This document shows positions 12,233 through 23,471 of a stretch of DNA of 64,000 bases, in pieces. A program made the position numbers and the translations under genes. The DNA lies in contig NC_042999.1 of assembly GCF_006345805.1 (NCBI RefSeq), positions 24,366,001-24,430,000 on the forward strand, in the 5' to 3' direction. The notes under the pieces were generated by a model. The model did no database searches. It was not told where the DNA came from and worked only from the letters and a program-made list of their open reading frames with translations. Position 1 is the stretch's first letter. Every line of letters starts with the position of its first letter. This DNA comes from Octopus sinensis (lineage: Eukaryota).

Positions 12233-12280
12233 AAAACCTGTTACTCTGAGTTTCACGTTCCCGTTCGTCGGACAGTTTTT
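12233..12280 (-). ncRNA. Minimal type I hammerhead ribozyme motif, U4C core variant
   Basis: Minus strand: CTGT-CCGACGA-ACG-ggaa-CGT-GAAA-CTC-a-GAG-TA-ACAG (stem I, core, stem II with GNRA loop, GAAA, stem III, GUA site, stem I'). Confidence 0.65.
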
Positions 12281-12655
12281 ACATTTAATTTAATTTGAGA
12301 ATTAATTTTGTTAGATAATATATTATTTAATAATTAGGTGGTAAAATTATTAAGTAGTATTAAGTTTAAGTAAATTAGGTTTTATATTAATTGATATTTT
12401 GGTCAACTATATTATTGAGTGATATATCAAATCTATAGAAACTACACACATATATATATATTAATTATATAGTTTGTTTATTTAAGGAGTGTGTCTATAT
12501 TCGAACCATTTCTTATTTTGATTCCAATATTAATGGCTTGTACTAGCATTGTGTACATTAATTAATTTTGAAGTATTGTATACTTTAAGTATTGTATTTA
12601 GTTTTCAATTAAATCTATATTTAGTATCTTATATATATATATATATATCTATATA

Positions 12656-12698
<43 letters not shown>

Positions 12699-12774
12699 AA
12701 AGAATATATTTATATTTTAAAAGATTATTTACGTATATTTATTTATTACTTATTTTATTATTGTAGTTTATTTT

Positions 12775-12878
12775 TAACCTGATGAGTGGCTATATTTATA
12801 TCGAAGTGATTTTACTACTACCATTAATTTTTTTACTATAATCATTTTTTAAATATAGCCACGAAACACGTGTCGTTA
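12775..12878 (+). ncRNA. Type I hammerhead ribozyme motif, canonical core
   Basis: TAAC-CTGATGA-GTGGCTATATTT-(53 nt)-AAATATAGCCAC-GAAA-CACGTG-TC-GTTA; perfect 12-bp stem II, palindromic stem III, GUC cleavage site at 12874. Confidence 0.75.
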
Positions 12879-12974
12879 TTCTAACAAACATATACGTTTC
12901 ATTTATCATTTTGCACATCACTTAATCATCGATATATTATTATTTTATATTTAATATTTCTATTATATGTAAAT

Positions 12975-13805
12975 TTCTAGGTTAGTACAATGGTCCAATA
13001 GTATGGAAGTTGTTGACTGGTTTAAAGCCATCAGGAATAAGAATATAGCGATATTGTTGATTTCTATGCCTCTATCTCTAAGGAATTACTAGATAAAGCC
13101 CTCACCTTCGCAAGCGAATTTATAGAAGTTAGTACACAAGATAAGGACATAATCTTCCATGCTAGAAAGACTTTACTCTTCAGTGAGAACGCAGAGTGGG
13201 TCAAGACTACCGATACAGAGGGTGCTTTCGATGTGAGCATGAGGTCATATGATGGAGCAGGCATATGCGATCTCATTGGACTATTCCTACTAGATACGTT
13301 GGGCAAGACTTTTTCGGACGAATATTTCGCCATTTACAAAGACGATGCCTTAGCTTTAACTACAAATACCAATGGACCAGCACAGGATCGGTTTAGGAAG
13401 GACATTGATGAAAACTTTCGGTTTTAGCATAACTACAGATACCAACCTGACGGTTATCAGTTTCCTAGATGTATCCATAGATTTAAATAAGAATATTTAT
13501 TAACCTTCTAGGAAGCCCAACGATAGACTTAGTTATATTAATGTAGGTTCCTGCGATCCCCCCATAGAATTTTAAAATTTAGTTAAAGATATTAGCAAAA
13601 TAATTTCTAGACTTTCCTCCGATAGGGACATTTTTAATAGTGTTGCACCAATATATAATAATGCTCTAAAATAACCTATAATAATAAAGAAAAGGAAACA
13701 CAGGAATAGAAAAACTGTTTCACATCCCCTTACTCCCCTGAAGTGACCTTTAATATAGGTAAATATTTCTTACCACTTATAGATAGGCATTTTCGAACCA
13801 GTCAT
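12975..13805 (+). mobile_element. Penelope-like element RT fragment (Naiad-like), 5'-truncated, frameshifted
   Basis: ...KTLLFSENAEWVK...FDVSMRSYDGAGICDLIGLFLL...AIYKDDAL (YKDD at 13335-13346)...FLDVSIDL...RKPNDRLSYINVGS...YNNALK; motifs typical of PLE RTs. Confidence 0.8.
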
Positions 13806-13814
13806 AATTGAAGT

Positions 13815-16260
13815 TGGTCTCTGCATCCCACATTTTGACAGCGAGAACGACCTTAGAACGTCACTTCAAAGCCAAATATGAGGGTAGATTCCTGACAAAG
13901 TGCGAGCATTGGGCCGTGAAGGAATTAATACGGTAGAAACCCAGCGTGGCAATGATACCACAATTAGTTCTCTGACTGACGATTGTGGGAATTCAGTCGA
14001 AGGACGGGACGAGATGTGTGAGGTGCTTTGCAAACACTTTGCCGAGTTGTTCGGGGGGTGCGGGAGGCTGGATCATGGTAAGGCCCTTAGGGACTTCCTG
14101 TCTGGCGGCCCGTGTCTCTCGGTGCGAGAGGCAGAGTGCTGTGAAGAGTCAATCACAGCCGAGGAGGTGATCGAGGTGCTGGGTGAATGCCCCGGGGAGA
14201 AGTCGCCGGGTTTCGATGGTCTATCCTATGAATTTTATAAGAATATGCCAGACTTGTTCGGGCACCTGCTGGCCAGCGTTTACGCCGATTGGCAGCAGTA
14301 TGGAAGAATTCTCAAGTCTGCAAGCCAAGGGGTGGTGACGCTGATCAGAAAGGACCCGAGTAAAGGGGACGAGATTAGTAACTTCCGGCCCATAACTCTG
14401 ATAAACACAGAGTTAAAGATTTTGGTCAAGGCGTTAGCAAAAAGGTTGGCGCGGGTCGTGGACAGACTTGTAGGGAGGGCGCAAACTTGTGCCATCCCGG
14501 GCAGGTCAATCCACGACAATCTCCATCTTCTACGCTACACCTTAGAGAGGGTAGGGAATCTTTCTGGCACAGGAGGTGCACTGTTACATTTAGACCAGTC
14601 TAAAGCGTTTGATAGGGTCGACCATCGGTACTTGGCGGCAGTCCTCGAAAAGGCTGGCCTAGGTCCCACCTTCCGCGGTTGGATTGCTGCTTTGTACAGC
14701 GACATCGAGTCTGCTGTCAAAGTAAATGGATTCTTCTCGAAACCATTCAGGATCGGACGCTCAGTGTGTCAGGGGTGTCCCTTGTGTCCGCTTTTGTATG
14801 TACTGGCTCTTGAGCCATTGCTGCAGAAGTTGGAAGCACTAGGAGGCGCACCGAATGATCTGTGGTGCGGAGGTGGAGCTACGGAGTATGCGGATGACAT
14901 CTCCATCATCGTGGCGGTTGAAAGCCAGCTTCCAGTAGTAGAAGAGGCCATCAAAAGTTACGAGGTGGTGACAGGAGCAAAGGTTAACAAGGTCAGGTCG
15001 GTCGGTTTGCAACTCGGCACCTGGAGAGGCAAGCCGATGACGTCCAATAACGTCGTAGGGCGTTGGACGGAAGGTCCTGTTAAGCTGCTTGGGGTCTGGT
15101 TTGGACCAGACCTCCAGATAGAGAAAAATTGGAGTGAGGTAGCCAGTAAGGTGACTGCTCTAACCCAAACCTGGTCTGGGCGGGCGTTGTCCTTGCTAGG
15201 GAAGGCGGAAGTGGTACCAATGTTTATAGCATCTGTTATCACCTACCGTCTGACCGTGGTGCTTGCTCTGATTTGTGGCTGAACAAGTTAGAGAGGAACA
15301 TTTTCCGCTTTCTGTGGAAAGGAGGAAAGCCTCTTGTGAAGCGCTCTGTCTGCTGCCAGAAGCCACTAAAGGGTGGCTAGGGGTGCTTTGACTGAGGATG
15401 CGAAAATTCACGTTAAGGCTGAGGCACCTTTGGCTTTACCTGGATGGAGAACAGTTGTGGTCACTGCATGTCTGGTTCTACCTTCCGAGGTTAACGTCCT
15501 TAACGGACATTGGATCAAGCAGAGACCTAAACTGGGAGAATGGCATTTGGAGTGCCGTAAGGCACTTCAGCTACTCTTTCGGGCGGGCAATGCCGGCAGC
15601 AGAAGTTCCACCGCGGATTTTCATAGCAGGTTAGTGGGATTCATGTATGAAGACGCATTGGTGGAGACCTTGGGCTACGATGAAAATCAGTTGATCAACC
15701 TGTTCGGGAGAACATTCGGGCCGGGGTATCTGGATAATTACTAGAAATCCTTGGCTTGGGAGTGCTTCCGTGCGGCGTTACCGGTTCGTGATAAGCTGTC
15801 AAGGCACAGAAGTGCCGTCTCGCCGTCATGTCCGACAGAACAGAGAAACCATCTTGTACGCATTCGTGAGATGTCCAGAATTATCAGGATTGATAGCTTT
15901 CACAGAACAACTGTTGTCATCAATGGGAAGAGTACAGTTATCGGCTGAGTCCATCATCCCTTAGTGGGGAAAGGAAGGCCTGTTTTTACTGCGTGGTAGA
16001 CATTTTAAAAGAAACGGTATGGAAAACACGCGTGAAAGGGATTGTGACGGGTACCTTTGTATCCGGCCTGGGGTTGGTCAACTTTTTTAGTTACCACCTC
16101 AGCAGCAAGATCAGGCTGGAGAAGCGGTACCTGTAATGTGAGAAATTTGAGAAGAGATGGAAGCTTGTAGTAAGAAAGCTGGGAGTGATTGGCACCAAGT
16201 AAGTGGAACCTTGGAAGAAAAGAAAGGCCCTACCCTGATGTCGGACGCCTTTCCTTCGGT
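13815..16260 (+). mobile_element. L1-like (Tx1-type) LINE, 5'-truncated ORF2 relic
   Basis: RT ORF 13900-15282 followed by frameshifted RFLWKGG...QKPLKGG and a degenerate C-terminal Cys-rich region (LPVRDKL...SC...ETILYAFVRC). Confidence 0.85.
13900..15282 (+). pseudogene. Non-LTR reverse transcriptase domain (460-aa ORF)
   Basis: KSPGFDG, NFRPITLIN, QTCAIPGRSIHDN, LDQSKAFDRVDH, QGCPLCPLLY, YADD (14887-14898), KLLGV; no endonuclease domain, truncated by frameshift. Confidence 0.85.
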
Positions 16261-16389
16261 GTCACATTGCATAACGCAATATATTTTATTTTATTTCATT
16301 TTTAATTATTCACCACTTTCATATTTTTAATCGATTCATAACAACGCTTTAAGCTACTTAACCATTCTATGTTTGTCTGTCCTTGTTTG

Positions 16390-16730
16390 TCCCCTCTGTA
16401 TTACGCCTACATGGCAAATTTATTGAAATTAAGTAACTTGCTTACCAACCAAATGGATATACTCTTTATATTGGGGCAGCAGCTATATGATAATTTCACT
16501 GATCGCCTTTTAAATATTTTCCGTACCTGTGATTTTCTGGAAAATGTTTGTCTTGGCGAGACAGGTATCTTTTACCTATGTTAGATTTTACATTAAGTGA
16601 AAAGGGATGGGCGAACGAAATAATTTTCCTATGTCTATTGTTAGATATAGATCTAAAAATCTGATTAATATTAGATGGATTATATATTACTTTCTCTTTA
16701 AAGCCATTATTGGCTAGGGCCAAGTAGTAA
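16390..16730 (-). mobile_element. Penelope-like element C-terminal fragment (Naiad-like)
   Basis: ALANNGFKEKVIY...RHRKIISFAHPFSLNVKSNIGKRYL...DKHFPENHRY then KLSYSCCPNIKSI in a shifted frame. Confidence 0.7.
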
Positions 16731-16734
16731 GGAC

Positions 16735-16864
16735 GGATGGATGGATGGATGGATGTACGTACGTACGTACGTACGTATGTATGTATGTATGTATGTATGT
16801 ATGTATGTATGTATGTATGTATGTATGTATGTATGTATGTATGTGTGTGTGTGTGTGTGTGTGT
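16735..16864. repeat. (GGAT)n/(GTAC)n/(GTAT)n/(GT)n microsatellite
   Basis: Direct sequence. Confidence 0.9.
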
Positions 16865-17802
16865 TTGGAAATGGACTCTTCTAGACTGAACTATCTTTGA
16901 AAAAGCTTTCTCAAGAAGAGGATATTTATTAGGATTTAACTCTACAACAAATCTTAAAAATTGCGATGTTTGTTTTATATTATGAAGATAGTATTTATAT
17001 TAGTTCTTAAAATGTCCTAAATTAATCTCAAGAAAAATTAGAATGATAAGATATATATGAAGCTCACTGGTTTTTGTTTTTTTTATATATGGGAGATAAC
17101 CCAAGTTTTTAGTGGGGAGATAACTCCAGTTTTCGATGGCAATGTTTATGGGGGAGGTGAGAGTGGGGAAATTCACAATGCCGATTTTTTGGCAATTTTC
17201 CGGAACCTCCGTATCCGAAAACGGGGATTTTTGGCAAAAAAAAACCCCACAAAAATAAACAAATTTGGGAGAAAGTGGGAAGAGGAGACGGACGGAAGTC
17301 TTTCCTCAAACTGTAACGATCATGTAACCAGTTTGTAACAGTTAAATAAATGCAACAGGTAAAGTGCATCGTACAGAGTAGAACAATGAATAAACTGGAT
17401 TAAGAACTAAATTATGTGGGAAAATACTAAACACAAAAAGAAAGACACTAAAACAAAGACAAGTTATAACCAGTTTACAGCGTGTAGTGTAGTATGAGCC
17501 CTGGGGCTAAACAAGAGGGCAGATGTGACAGCCGCATTCAGTCATTCGGTTAAATTACAACTGTTCGATTACGATTAACTAGAGCGATACAAATGCTACA
17601 AGTAATAGTAGTAGTAGTAGTTTCTTTGACAACGGATTCAAAATGAAAACTGGAAACCTGGTCATACAGGCTATCTGAAACAACCCTACTTCACAAATTA
17701 CCTGCTTAATTTTGATGGAGTTAACCACTAGTCGTCAACATGAGAAGATGTAAGTAGAGCTTTTTAAAGAAAAAATAGAAAGAATTTTTTTTTTTTTTTT
17801 TT

Positions 17803-18146
17803 TTGCAGCGTGGAAGGTGTTTGTAAGCCATTTAAGAAACACACAAAAGCCGTTCGATTCACTTCAAGTTTAATTTGTCAAAATATGTTCGTCGCTATAA
17901 GACCGCGATCTGTTCACTGACAAAAATCCGTACTGTACGGATGCAGCACGGATTTTTGTCAGTGAACAGGTCGCGGTCTTATAGCGACGAACATATTTTG
18001 ACAAATTAAACTTAAATGTTGAAGTGAATCGGACGGCTTTTGTGTGTTTCTTAAATGGCTTACAAACACCTTCCACGCTGTAATTGTTTTCGTTCCAGCA
18101 CACGATCTCAGATCAAATCACTTGCTATGCAAGTACATCTCCGTAA
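17803..18146 (-). mobile_element. Asymmetric fold-back element, copy 1
   Basis: ~135-bp near-perfect inverted arms (17803-18083) plus a ~63-bp unpaired extension ending ...gcaagtacatctccgtaa; flanked by poly-T on both sides; sister copy 43063-43383. Confidence 0.7.
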
Positions 18147-18429
18147 TTTTTTTTTTTTTTGTTAAGTCATTTAGTTTGTTTCCCTCGCGGGATCGTAGGC
18201 TGACAGTTGGGTGTAATAGTGCGGTTGTGTCAAACGGCCCAATCCAACTAAACGTAAATAAGGGCGAAAGTAAATACATACACCCAGTGCTTAAGGTTTA
18301 GGGTTAGGTCGAAAACGAGTGGTGTACGTAATCCATACCTCCGACCAAATGTTCCCGGCTTTTCTTTAAAATACGACGTTGTTTTTGTTATCTACATGCC
18401 ACGCACATAGATAGATATAAAAGAACACG

Positions 18430-18581
18430 CTCGCACGCACGCACACACACAGACACACACACGTACACCCATTAGCTTCCTCCGTGCACATAAATAATAA
18501 AAAAGAACACACTCGCATGCACACACACACACACACGCACACACACACACACACACACACACGTAACACACACGAACACAC

Positions 18582-18630
<49 letters not shown>

Positions 18631-18639
18631 CACACACAC

Positions 18640-18675
<36 letters not shown>

Positions 18676-18815
18676 GTACACCCATTAGCTTCCTCCACAC
18701 ACCTAAATACTTAAAACAGAACACGCTCGCACATACATACACACACACATACACACACACGCACACACACACACACACACATTACAGCCATTAGCTCCGC
18801 CACGCACACACATAC

Positions 18816-18900
<85 letters not shown>

Positions 18901-18966
18901 GCACACACACACACAAACTCACGCACACACACACCACACACACACACGTAACACACACGAACACAC

Positions 18967-19015
<49 letters not shown>

Positions 19016-19024
19016 CACACACAC

Positions 19025-19058
<34 letters not shown>

Positions 19059-19560
19059 GTACACCCATTAGCTTCCTCCACACACCTAAATACTTAAAAC
19101 AGAACACGCTCGCACATACATACACACACACATACACACACACGCACACACACACACACACACACATTACAGCCATTAGCTTCCGCCACGCACACACATA
19201 CACACACACACACACACACACGCACACACATACACACACATACACACGCACACACATACACACACGCGCGCGCGCGCGCGCACACACACACAAACTCACG
19301 CACACACACACACACACACACGAACACACACACACACAAACTCACGCACACGCACACACACACGCACGCACACACACACACATTACAGCCACTAGCTTCC
19401 GCCACGCACATAAATAATAAAAAAAGAACACGCTCGCACGCACGCACACACACACACACACATACACACACACGAACACACACACACACACACACACCCA
19501 TTAGCTTCCTCCACACACCTAAATACTTAAAACAGAACACGCTCGCACACACACACGCGC
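18430..19560. repeat. Complex (CA)n minisatellite with recurring non-CA linkers
   Basis: Seven linkers share ccattagct(t)cc; long (CA)n/(CG)n spacers; block 18676-19058 is duplicated from 19059. Confidence 0.85.
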
Positions 19561-19727
19561 CCTCCCCCTCCCCCGCCTGCCTCTTCCACGTTGACACATG
19601 TGTTCACAGTTGACAAGACAAACAAAGTCCTTTCAAAAATTTTTCGTCATGGCAATTCTGAGACTCAAAACGTTTGATTGCCAGATTTATAATATTCCTT
19701 TGCGGCGAAAGTAACGAATGCTGAGCA

Positions 19728-19911
19728 GTATTTCGTCTGCCGCTACGTTCTGAGTTCAAATTCCGCCGAGGTCGACTTTGCCTTTCATCCTTTCGGGGTC
19801 GATAAATTAAGTACCAGTTACGCACTGGGGTCGATGTAATCGACTTAATACCTATGTCTGTCCTTGTTTGTCCCCTCTGTGTTTAGCCCCATTGTGGGTA
19901 ATGAAGAAATA
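19728..19911 (+). mobile_element. SINE family A with degenerate head
   Basis: gtatttcgtctgccgctacgttctgagttcaaattccgccgaggtcgac...gtaatgaagaaatag. Confidence 0.85.
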
Positions 19912-19919
19912 GGTTAGGG

Positions 19920-19976
<57 letters not shown>

Positions 19977-19982
19977 AAGGGT
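19912..19982 (+). repeat. Interstitial telomere-like (TTAGGG)n tract, ~11 units with TTTAGGG variants
   Basis: Direct sequence; TTAGGG is the metazoan ancestral telomere repeat. Confidence 0.9.
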
Positions 19983-20419
19983 ATTTGTTACGCCGAAAAC
20001 GGGTGGTGTGCGTACCCTCCGCCGCATATTTGTTCTTACCTGCTTCATTTATGTACGCTACATACTTCAACAGATCTTGTTTGATTTACCTTAAAATTAA
20101 TAAAATCAATGTCATATTTCTCTCTTCCGCATTTTCATTAATCAGAAGTAAGTATTAATTTACTTTTTTTCCTTTTCTCCATGCATGCTGCAATATTTCG
20201 GGTCTTTGGTGGTTAAAAGAAAAAAAAACGCATGGATTATTATCACTAATACGGCTTTTTCGACGTTGATCCCGTTTACTTCCTGGAAATTTACGGATTT
20301 TACATGCACAAATAAAGCAGGTAATAACAAATATGCGAAGCTTTTCTAAAGTTTAAAATGCGACATTGTTTTTGTTATTTATATTCCATGCACACTTTCG
20401 TTGGATCCATATATGGAGA

Positions 20420-20423
20420 TATA

Positions 20424-20490
<67 letters not shown>

Positions 20491-20670
20491 TGTATGTAAT
20501 AAGTACTTCAGTTTGTTTATTTGTTTGCATGCATGTACCTACTACGTACGTATGTATGTATGTATGTATGTATGTATAGATGGATGGATGGATGGATGGG
20601 TGGGTGGGTGGGTGGATGGATGTATGGATGGATGGACGGACGGACGGACGGACGAACGGACAGATGGATG
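20420..20670. repeat. (TA)n, (GTAT)n, (GGAT)n, (GGAC)n microsatellites
   Basis: Direct sequence. Confidence 0.9.
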
Positions 20671-21889
20671 GATGGATTGGCGTAAGTGTTAAAGAACGGG
20701 GAGGATCTTATCAATTCAACCAGTATCCGAAGTTTCAAAATGTGTAGTTAAAAAAATTAATTAAAAAATCTGTGACTGAGATTGAAAAAATCCGTGTGTG
20801 TGTGTACACATATGTATATATTTACACATACACACAAGTTGTAAACTAAATTCAATAACTGTTTATTACGTTCCTGTAGAAATTGAATGAAAATATATTA
20901 TGATTGAGAGGGCGGTAGATTGGCAGAAATTTTTGCAGATTTTTTTCCTGACTTTCTACACATTCTACCGAAAGCAATTTTGCCTTTCAGCGCTCCGAAG
21001 TCGTTAAAATAGAGTACCAGTCGAAATGAAGTCAATAGTATCGAAAACCCACTCCCTTCAAAATTGCTAGTCTGGATCTAGTTGGTATGACTGCCAGCAT
21101 TTCAAAAATTAAAGTTTATCGAAAATTTAAAAATTTGACAACATTGTATACTGAATTGCCGGAGCTTTTTCACTTTTTCCAGAAAAAAACGTTTTTTAAA
21201 AAGTTATAGAGGTTTAAAGTTTGATCATTTTCACCCAGTCCGGAAACAGGATTTGGAAGCTGTCATTTTGTGCGTGACTGCACATTTTCGTCAGCATCCT
21301 GAAAATAGCACGTGTTGTCAATGTTTATAAACAACACGTGTTTTGTAGTTTGAAGCATTCAATATGCATTTAATGCGATAGCACGAACTTACAAGTTTTA
21401 TCCAAGAAATATTATTCAGCTGTTATTTTTAGCGCATCTCACAACCACTTCAATGACAAAAAGAAACGAGTAAACAAGTAGTTTTAAGTATTCAATATAC
21501 ATTTCATGCAGATGTGATGAACATCACATGCACAATTGTCAATAGTCAGGTAAAACAAGTCGCTTCATTATATTTGTCAATGCGCGCTTTCTCGCAGACA
21601 AAAGAGTTTTCATGTTCCGCTTGTTACTACAGAAACAGGCATGAATGTGTCTGTGGCTTACGATTGGCTAAAATTACAAAAGTTTTCAAACTTTATTTAT
21701 TGATTTATTGTGAAAATGATTTTTTCACGCCATTCATTGACTAATAAAAGTATATCATTGCACTGAATAGGAAATCAATTCGAACAAAATTGATGCTGGT
21801 TGCCAAACCGACGAGATCGGCTATTAAATAATAGAATCATTGTTGAATATCAACATTGAATTCAAAGGGTTTCTTTTTTTTTTTTCTTT

Positions 21890-22247
21890 TTTTTCAATCA
21901 TTAGACTGTGGCCATGCTGTGACACCACCTTGAATAATTTTTAGTCGAATGAATATTTATATTTTATTATTAAGCCTGGTATTCATTCTGTCAGTATCAT
22001 TTGTCGGACAGCTACGTTAAGGGGATGTAAACAAAACAACACCGATCATCAAGCGATGGGAGTGACAAACACAATAGCACAGACACACAGACACATATAT
22101 ACATATACGTGTGTGTGTGTGTGTCAGTATCATTTGTCGGACAGCTACGTTAAGGGGATGTAAACACACCAACACCGATCATCAAGCGGTGGGAGTAACA
22201 AACACAATCACACAGACACACAGACACACAAATACATATATACATAT

Positions 22248-22306
<59 letters not shown>
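21890..22306 (-). mobile_element. Degenerate SINE family B 3' half with a ~134-bp local tandem duplication
   Basis: gtcagtatcatttgtcggacagctacgttaaggggatgtaaac occurs at ~21989 and ~22123. Confidence 0.7.
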
Positions 22307-22309
<3 letters not shown>

Positions 22310-22764
22310 TTCACAGATGAGATCCAGAAATTCTCTGTATAGAAGACATGGTGTTGCTCAAAAGGTTCAAACTTCAACTCCGATGTCTTTACGGGGATCA
22401 TTCCACAAGGTAAGGAAAGGCTACAAGAGAGGTCAAGTTGAGCGGATATAGAGGCGTGTGTGCGGATAAACAAATTAGACACATCAAATATACGAAATAC
22501 ATCTGTAGGAACCTCGCTTGACCCTGCCTGATATTTGAAACCAAATCCACCCGCTTGTTGCTTGCCAAAACAAGCGGGTAGATTTGGTGGATCTAGTCTT
22601 CTTCATTCGCAAAATGAGCCCCCTTTAATTTTGCTCACATTGCTTTCAATTTTGGTGTATCGATGCATCTCTGAATTTTGATAACGATCAACCAATTACT
22701 TTATCTCGTAAATTAAAGAATCTGTTGTTATTTGGAATTAAAGTTGGGAAATTTGGGTAATTTT

Positions 22765-22812
22765 AGCCAATCAACAGACAGCGAGGTATTAACAGTTTGT
22801 TACCATGACAAC
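22765..22812 (+). promoter_or_regulatory. CCAAT box and RFX X-box-like motif
   Basis: agccaatca at 22765 and GTTACCATGACAAC at 22799-22812 (X-box consensus GTNRCCNNRGYAAC-like); motif match only, may be repeat-derived. Confidence 0.25.
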
Positions 22813-23278
22813 CGCACGTTGGGTTGTGTTTCACCCGCATGTTATGTTTTAATAAAATTAATATTTATCAATTAGAATTTTATTAGAGATATTTTTCGCC
22901 AATTGTCAAAATGTTTTACATAGTTTTCGTATATAGCAAAAGTTGTTTGCGATGTTTATACAGTTTCTTTGGCACTATGAAGGTAAATGGAATGTGTGAA
23001 CTTAGTTCAGATAATTTGACGTTATTTTTTAATTCTGCATGCAAAAACATATAAGATACAGGTATTCTTTTTCTTGGGATAAATTCTTTGTTGACCAGTG
23101 TTATTCTTATCCTAGTTCACAAATCCAAAGCATGAAAATGTTACTCAACTTTGAAGTTTTGGAGACAGACGCCCTCTTTTCACACACACACACACACAGA
23201 CACACACACACGCACACACACACACACACACACACTCACTCACTCACACACACATGCAGGGTCAGGCGAGGTTCCTGG

Positions 23279-23411
23279 AAACTACATTTTATTTTCCGGG
23301 CTGAGATTCGAAACCGAATCTAAGGATTCTCGCTCGCCCGATCCACCGCTATTGGCTGACCGGGCGGCAACAATTTCTTTGTCCTGTCAGAAAGTGATGG
23401 ATGGGTTTCCA
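23279..23411 (+). repeat. Left arm of ~135-bp inverted repeat (partner 24541-24685)
   Basis: aaactacattttattttccgggctgagattcgaaac...ctcgctcgcccgatccac...cttgtcctgtcagaaagtgatgg is present reverse-complemented at 24541-24685. Confidence 0.85.
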
Positions 23412-23471
23412 CTCAACCTCCGACCTGGGCTGTGTCACGGCTGGACAACAGGTGACCTAAATAGACGCAAG

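Noticed and set aside
18430-19560. CRISPR-like repeat/spacer appearance (also 59280-60647)
   Set aside because: Spacers are microsatellite or absent, there are no cas genes, and the context is eukaryotic
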